NCBI GenBank assembly: GCA_965112155.1
Contig: OZ218105.1
From: Podarcis liolepis
Taxonomy: Eukaryota
Reading direction: 5' to 3' (one strand)
DNA length: 64,000 nt
A program made the position numbers and the translations under genes. Under the pieces are notes generated by a model. It was not told where the DNA came from and did not search any database. It worked only from the letters and a program-made list of their open reading frames with translations. This document shows positions 58,195 through 64,000 of this stretch, in pieces (position 1 is the stretch's first letter; each line of letters opens with the position of its first letter).

Positions 58195-58687
58195 TGGTAT
58201 AAATTACTGTATTACATCAGCTTTCTAACCCCCTTTTAATGTATACAGAGATCGAAAAGAAGAGGACAAAGGCACATGGAGGCGTTTTACCTATGAATCT
58301 GCTTGCTTCCAAAATGCTGTTGGGATCACATAATTTTGAGCAACTATTTAGGTTGCTATAGGTTTGGAAGATAATTTTCCCCTCCTCAAATCAAGAAGTT
58401 GCACACATAGTTTCAGTGAGAATTGCCATTATGTCAGTAAATGGTATTCATCTGAACGGTGATTCTCCATGGCCTGAGAACGGTCATTGGTTGGGCTATG
58501 GCTCCATCTTGGGAACAAAGACAGGAGCGGAACTTCAGAGAAGTAGACAGCTCCCACAATCCAGTTTGCAAACTTGTTTTGTTATCAGAAAATGGCAGAA
58601 TCCTTGGTCTGCATCAAAGTAGCCTCAAGTTAACAGAGCATTGAAACCTGATCAAAAGTTAACCTGAATGGCATTGTGCCCTATCTG

Positions 58688-58947
58688 AAGAAGAAGAGAA
58701 GAAGAGTTTGGATTTGCTATCCCGCTTTATCACTACCCTAAGGAGTCTCAAAGCGGCTAACAATCTCCTTTCCCTTCCTCCCCCACAACAAACACTCTTG
58801 TGAGGTGAGTGAGGCTGAGAGACTTCAGAGAAGTGTGACTAGCCCAAGGTCACCCAGCAGCTGCATGTGGAGGTGCGAGGAATCGAACCCAGTTCACCAG
58901 ATTACAAGACTACCGCTCTTAACCACTACCACTACACCACACTGGCT
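58688..58947 (-). mobile_element. Squam3-type tRNA-derived SINE
   Basis: Minus-strand box A (TGTAGTGG) and box B (GGTTCGATTCC); (CTT)n tail. Confidence 0.8.
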
Positions 58948-59169
58948 GAGCAAAGAAGTGGGGGATTTTTGCTTGCTTCTCCTCACTGCAGTACTGCCTG
59001 CTTTCTGGACTCCTAAAACTACATCAAACTACAGGGAAGTGAATCAGCTTTCTTTTGCTACAAAGCAGTCCACCATTTAATTTCCTTTGCCATTGCAAAC
59101 ACACATGCATGCCAAAATTATACAGGTCTAGTTTCAAATGTGTGAGCTTCCTTTTACATCTCATTTATT

Positions 59170-60230
59170 CAAATGTCAATTATGTTGTCTGAGAGTGCAG
59201 AATTTTTTTTCTGGCTTTCCAGCAGGAAAAGTCCTTAGGGTTGAAAAGTCTGCTTGGTGAAGGCAGGGCACAAAGCACTGGATAGCAAATTGATGCACAT
59301 TGTCGCTTTCACCAACGACCAGTGGACTTGAACATACTAATCCTAGCATTGCACACCCTATCACTGAAGGCTTGCATCCAACGTAATTGCCACTCCTGGC
59401 AGGGAGACCTGTACTTTTGAATCCAGGGTCCATCCAACACATGGCCAGCAGAAGACAGCAAGGAAATGTGCACAGGATCGTGTCTGCTATAGGCTGTTGC
59501 CCACTGGAACAAGAGAAGTGCTAATTGAAAGCGGTAGTGGTGATGTTTGGCCCAGACTGTGATTTGAGCCACGGGCATTCAGAGGTCAAGGACTTCTTCC
59601 AAGAACATTACACCTGCCTTTTTGAAAGAGGCCAGAACCTTGATCTTCAAAATGTAGTCTAGAGAGAGCAACATCATACCTGTGGAGGTTTCAAGAAGCA
59701 TTCCAAGATGGACCAACTGTCCAATCAGAGACAGGTGATTCTTGCCTAGGTTTACAAGGAATCCCTGGGTCTCTACCCAAGGAGGAGTCAAAGCCATGTC
59801 TCAAAGGGCCCAAGTCAGAGTGGTACAGCCGATAAGGAGATTGCCCTGGAAGCAGAGGTGAGCCACCAGGGCAACCATACTCTGTGCGGAGGTCTGAAGT
59901 GCTGTAGCCAAGTAGAAAGGAAGGGCCCAGTATTGAAGATGATTCTGGTCAAATGAAAACTACAGGTACTTCCTGTGATTGCAGTGAATGGGGATGTGCA
60001 GCTATGTTTCCTGAAATCTATGGGCACTAAGAAAAACAGTGTTTGGATACAGTCTTAGGTGGAGGCCAGAGATTGCATCCATAACTTATTGTAAGCGACC
60101 CACTGGTTCTGGAACTTGAAATCTAGCAAAGTCATCCAGGACTAGCCATCCTTCTTTGGCAGCAAATGAATATTGAATGGGTGAGGAACCTTATTTGTTC
60201 TGAGCCAACATTAGCAGTTGGGTAGGACTT
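59170..60230 (-). mobile_element. Decayed DIRS-like (tyrosine-recombinase retrotransposon) RT/RNaseH region
   Basis: Minus-strand peptides HIPIHCNHRKYL*F...QYWALPFYLATA and GFLVNLGKNHL...VHLGMLLET resemble DIRS RT; stops and frameshifts present; boundaries approximate. Confidence 0.65.
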
Positions 60231-61434
60231 CTCACCTGTCAGTCACGCATCATTATGATGTCACGTAATTGACAGTGTCCTGCCCACTTGTCAAAATTCT
60301 TATGCAGGGATTATGGAAGTGACAAACAGGGGGAGGAAGAAAGAATTGTTTAGCAAGCAAAGGCAATGCAGGAGTTCTCCTGAGCTCTGTCTTTGCTTGA
60401 AAATCATACTTTTTTCCTCTCCCCCACAGGGGAAGGGGAGAAAGTTGCATTTTGCAGCAAAGACAGGATTGCCGGAGAAGTATTCAGCTGCAACAGGGAT
60501 GAGGGGAGAAAGAAACTGTGTGAGAGAAAAACCTAAACTGCACCAGAAAAGATAGAAAGAATGCCACAGGTAGCTGGGGAGGAAATAAAGAGACAAGATA
60601 ATGAAGAAAGGAAGAAACCAATGAATTATAATCCTGAGGAGAGTAAATGAATGGGAGCTCTAAGGAAAACATCCTGCTTCAACAAAGGTCGGAGCAAACA
60701 GGATTGTTAGAGGTGCCTGCTTCTACGAAGTTCTTGCTCCTACTGTTCCCCACCAGATGGAACTGTTTCCCAACCTGTGATCTTCTCAGGTCATGGAAGA
60801 ATCTCCTGGCTTTTCATTGATCCGTCTTATTTCCCACAAAGCTTCTCACTCTCTGATCTTGCCTTTCATATGCTTGACTGCGCATCCAGCTGCCACATAT
60901 TTCCTCATCCCCCACTCTGGGTGCTTCCAGACTAGGGTTAACTCTAGAGTTGCCCCTTTTTGTCCACTCGCTTTTTATCAGGCACCTGCCATTAAAATGG
61001 TCGTGCTGCCTTTTCTGTACTTATTCCATTTCCCTTTTCGGAGCTCACAAAATCCCAACTTTTGGAGGGGAAGGAACAAAACAGGAGAGCAATCTCTAGC
61101 CTTAGAATACCATCGTATTTTATTAAATTTGTATACCGCCCTTCCTCCATAAATCTCAGAGCAGTTACAAGATTGAAACACAATGCTACTCTTCCATCCA
61201 TTTCAAGAGCTGTAGATTTGACATCACGTGGGGACACCTTCAGTGTTACTTTTCCAGTTGGTGCTATTTTAGCAACATGGGTCGTCGTTTTGTACTCTTT
61301 TATTTTGGTGCAGTCTTTTACTTTCAAGCATTTTAATGCATTTGTAAATTGTGTGTTTAGGTCCATTGTTACAACTCCACTCAGAAGGCTGTTGTGATGT
61401 TCACAGTTGTGGACAGAACATAGCAGGGTACACA

Positions 61435-61586
61435 CATAGAACCGTAGAATTCTAGAGGTGGAAGGGACCCTTAGGATCATCTAGTCCAACCCCCTGAAAT
61501 ACAGGAATATGCAACTGTCCCATACGGGGATCGAACCTGCGACCTTGGTGTTATCAGCACCATGCTCTAACCAATTGAGCTAACTG
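61435..61586 (-). mobile_element. SINE with a tRNA-Ile-derived head and a CR1-derived tail
   Basis: Minus strand reads GTTAGCTCAATTGGTTAGAGCATGGTGCTGATAACACCAAGGTCGCAGGTTCGATCCCCGTATGGG, followed by a CR1 3' end. Confidence 0.8.
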
Positions 61587-64000
61587 TTCTACCCCTTAAA
61601 GTGTAGGAACCTAGGGGCAATGCTGCATGTAGAAAAGCAGTGATTGAACAATGCTAAAAGTAAACACTAGCGGTGTGAAAGCTCCCATTGTGCCGTGTAA
61701 TTTCTGACTAATACACAACATGCACCATATGAAATGCTATGGGAGAATGCCCCTTTGCCTGTGAATGACTAGAGCAGATACTTTTCTTCTCTCGATGGCA
61801 ATACCATGAAGAATAGAGACATCGTCGTCGTATTTTTAAAAGATTAATTTCATTCTGAAGAGAGATCAAACTTCTGGTTTATTTACATGCCTGCTCTATT
61901 CAGAGACTAATTTTCGTATTCATTGTGGGTAGAGATAACAGAGCCTATACGAAGCCTGAACATTGTGCAAATGGCCCTATTGAAGCTGGTGGGGTGGTGT
62001 ATTGCAAAATTGGGACCAAAGAATCAAGGACACTTTTGTTGTCGTTAAGAGCTGTTATGATCACTTCAGTCCAGCTGCTGTTAGTGGGAACAGCTTTCGA
62101 TACATTTCAGCTTGTTTGTGGGATAATGACCATAATATAGAGTCCTACTTCAGTAAGTTAAGTGTCAACAGCATTTTTATACTGCCTACTGTCATTTAAA
62201 TGAATTTTAATGTGGGGATATTTTTTTCATAACTTTCAGAAGCATAAAGGTTTTTACATAGAGTAACACCAGGAGCTGTTGTGTTATCGAGTTAGGTGTT
62301 TTTTTGTTTTGTTTTGTTTCGTTTCGCTATTGATCCTCTTCTGAAGAATTGCTTTAACCTCAGCAATCTCCAGGTCTTGCAAGGCATGTGGAGAAGTAGG
62401 TGCTGTAAAGAACAAAAACAAAACAACCCTGTAATCCTCCTCATGGAATGCCTTTAGAAGTTTCACAGGTAAATTCCATATAGAGTCTGGAATGTGTAGT
62501 ATCTTTTATCTGAAAATTAGGTGGGTAAGATGGGATTAGGAAAAAGGCAGACGAAGGCTATTTTCAATAGGTTCCCTATGCTATTAGCCCTGGAATGATG
62601 CCTATTCTCCCGTCTCTCCCACTTTGCCAAATTTATATAGGAATATGACAGCATGTGTAACCATTTGCGTAAATTTATCTTTGTACGATCTCAGCCAATG
62701 TGTTTCATGTGAATTTGGGTCAAGTGAGTTGCATTAGATCCCACTTCTTGAATTTGAAGGATTAGATTGCAGTGCTTGAGACTCCCATTGTCCAAGGCGC
62801 ATTTTGCAACAGGGAATTTCATTAGCGCGAGCAGTTTCTGAGCTGTGGGCGCACGCACCTGAGATTTCAGATTAAAACTGCAGAGAGGAATGAAAGGAAG
62901 ACCTTTTTCTGCCTCCCCATTTCCAGCTACTCTCTGAAAACTGGAGAAGAGACTTTCTTAAGAATATCAGGAAGGTGGGCAGGGGAAGGACTAGACCATG
63001 TGAAAAATGAACATAATATTTTAGTTGCAGTTCATTCATTTTCAGCTTTGTATTCTTGTTACTATAAAGTGCACCTAGACATTCCGCTGTTGCACCCATA
63101 ACCTAGGTTTATGGTGCCATTGAGCTCCATATCTCAGTTTCTAACACTGTTAGACTGCCTCCTGAAAGCAACAAGCTTCAGATTTTAGGGGGGGGGAACC
63201 CTCAGAATTCCAGCTACCCTGAGAGTGGGGGGTGATTCTCTGAAGTGCCGATCCTTAGGTAGCCAAATTAGCACCATCCAAGCAGAAGATGGGAGGGTTG
63301 CAGGAATAAAAGCAACAGGAACCTAAAGTAGGATATAGCATCCTTCCTGTCTACAGAATGCTCTGCATTTGTGGTGGAACAGAAAAGTGGGGTGGTTGGG
63401 ATGGAGTTTAGGAAAGGGTGTCGGTGGCAGAAACCCTGAAAAGGAACATTCCATCCTGCAATGTTTTTTCGGAGGTCCAGCTCATAGTTTAAAACTCTGT
63501 AATAAGCTGCCAGTTCCATTCTTCAACAACACACTTTATCACTGTATTCCTTCAAATGTCTGTCTTTGAACAAAAGCTCTCAAAGCTGATGCCTGGTAAG
63601 CTCTGGCTAAAATTAAGCAGAGCTCAGAGAAAGAGCCTTTGGGTTAAACAGTGAGGGGCTGACATGGTAAAAAAGGCATTTTGCAGGGAAGTTACAAGTT
63701 GGAATATTTTGTGTGTCAAGGGTCTGCTGTACATATTTAGCAGGTTTGCTTGCGATGCTTAAACCATGGTCTAGCACTTTGTGCATGAGCCTGGGCGAGC
63801 CTAAGCAAAGTCTCAAGCTTACACACTCTCCTTTCCTCTTCCTCTTCCTCGGCTGGGAGAACTTCTACTTCTGCTTTCAGTGTTCTGGTGCACCATTATG
63901 TATGACCCAAGAGCCATGGTTTAAAGGAAACTCTGGATAAGTTACAGTAAGCCAGCTAGCATCATAAAGCATGGTTTGAAGTTAACTTGGCTTTAAACCA

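Noticed and set aside
60793-61480. Cluster of 111-162 aa ORFs
   Set aside because: No recognisable protein similarity or exon structure; overlaps repeat remnants.
61516-61586. Functional tRNA-Ile gene
   Set aside because: The acceptor stem is incomplete or mismatched and the sequence is fused to a CR1 tail, so it is a SINE head.

Overview
Vertebrate genomic DNA, most likely from a squamate and probably a lacertid lizard, judging by the Sauria/Squam SINEs, Bov-B, CR1 and L2 content. The window holds one complete protein-coding gene on the + strand, LPCAT1 (lysophosphatidylcholine acyltransferase 1). It has 14 coding exons from ATG 12270 to TAA 56403 that splice in frame to 1614 nt / 537 aa, a CpG-island promoter, one GC-AG intron and a C-terminal KKXX motif. 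The rest is intronic or intergenic and densely filled with transposable elements: Sauria SINEs, Bov-B/RTE, CR1, L1, L2, several Tc1-mariner and hAT MITE families, solo LTRs, a decayed DIRS RT and a Penelope-type inverted repeat. The most notable observations are: (i) hammerhead-ribozyme cores on both strands in intron 9; (ii) two different solo LTRs that are almost entirely open acidic-then-basic reading frames; (iii) a 99-bp double-hairpin array grown inside a MITE; (iv) a MITE-borne perfect 31-bp-stem hairpin of pre-miRNA size; (v) nested insertions whose order can be read from target-site duplications (TSDs); (vi) a SINE head that may record tRNA inosine-34 as G. I cannot establish a wholly new system from sequence alone. 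Repeat family names and comparisons with human LPCAT1 come from recall, not database searches. Nearly all ORFs in the supplied track are spurious.
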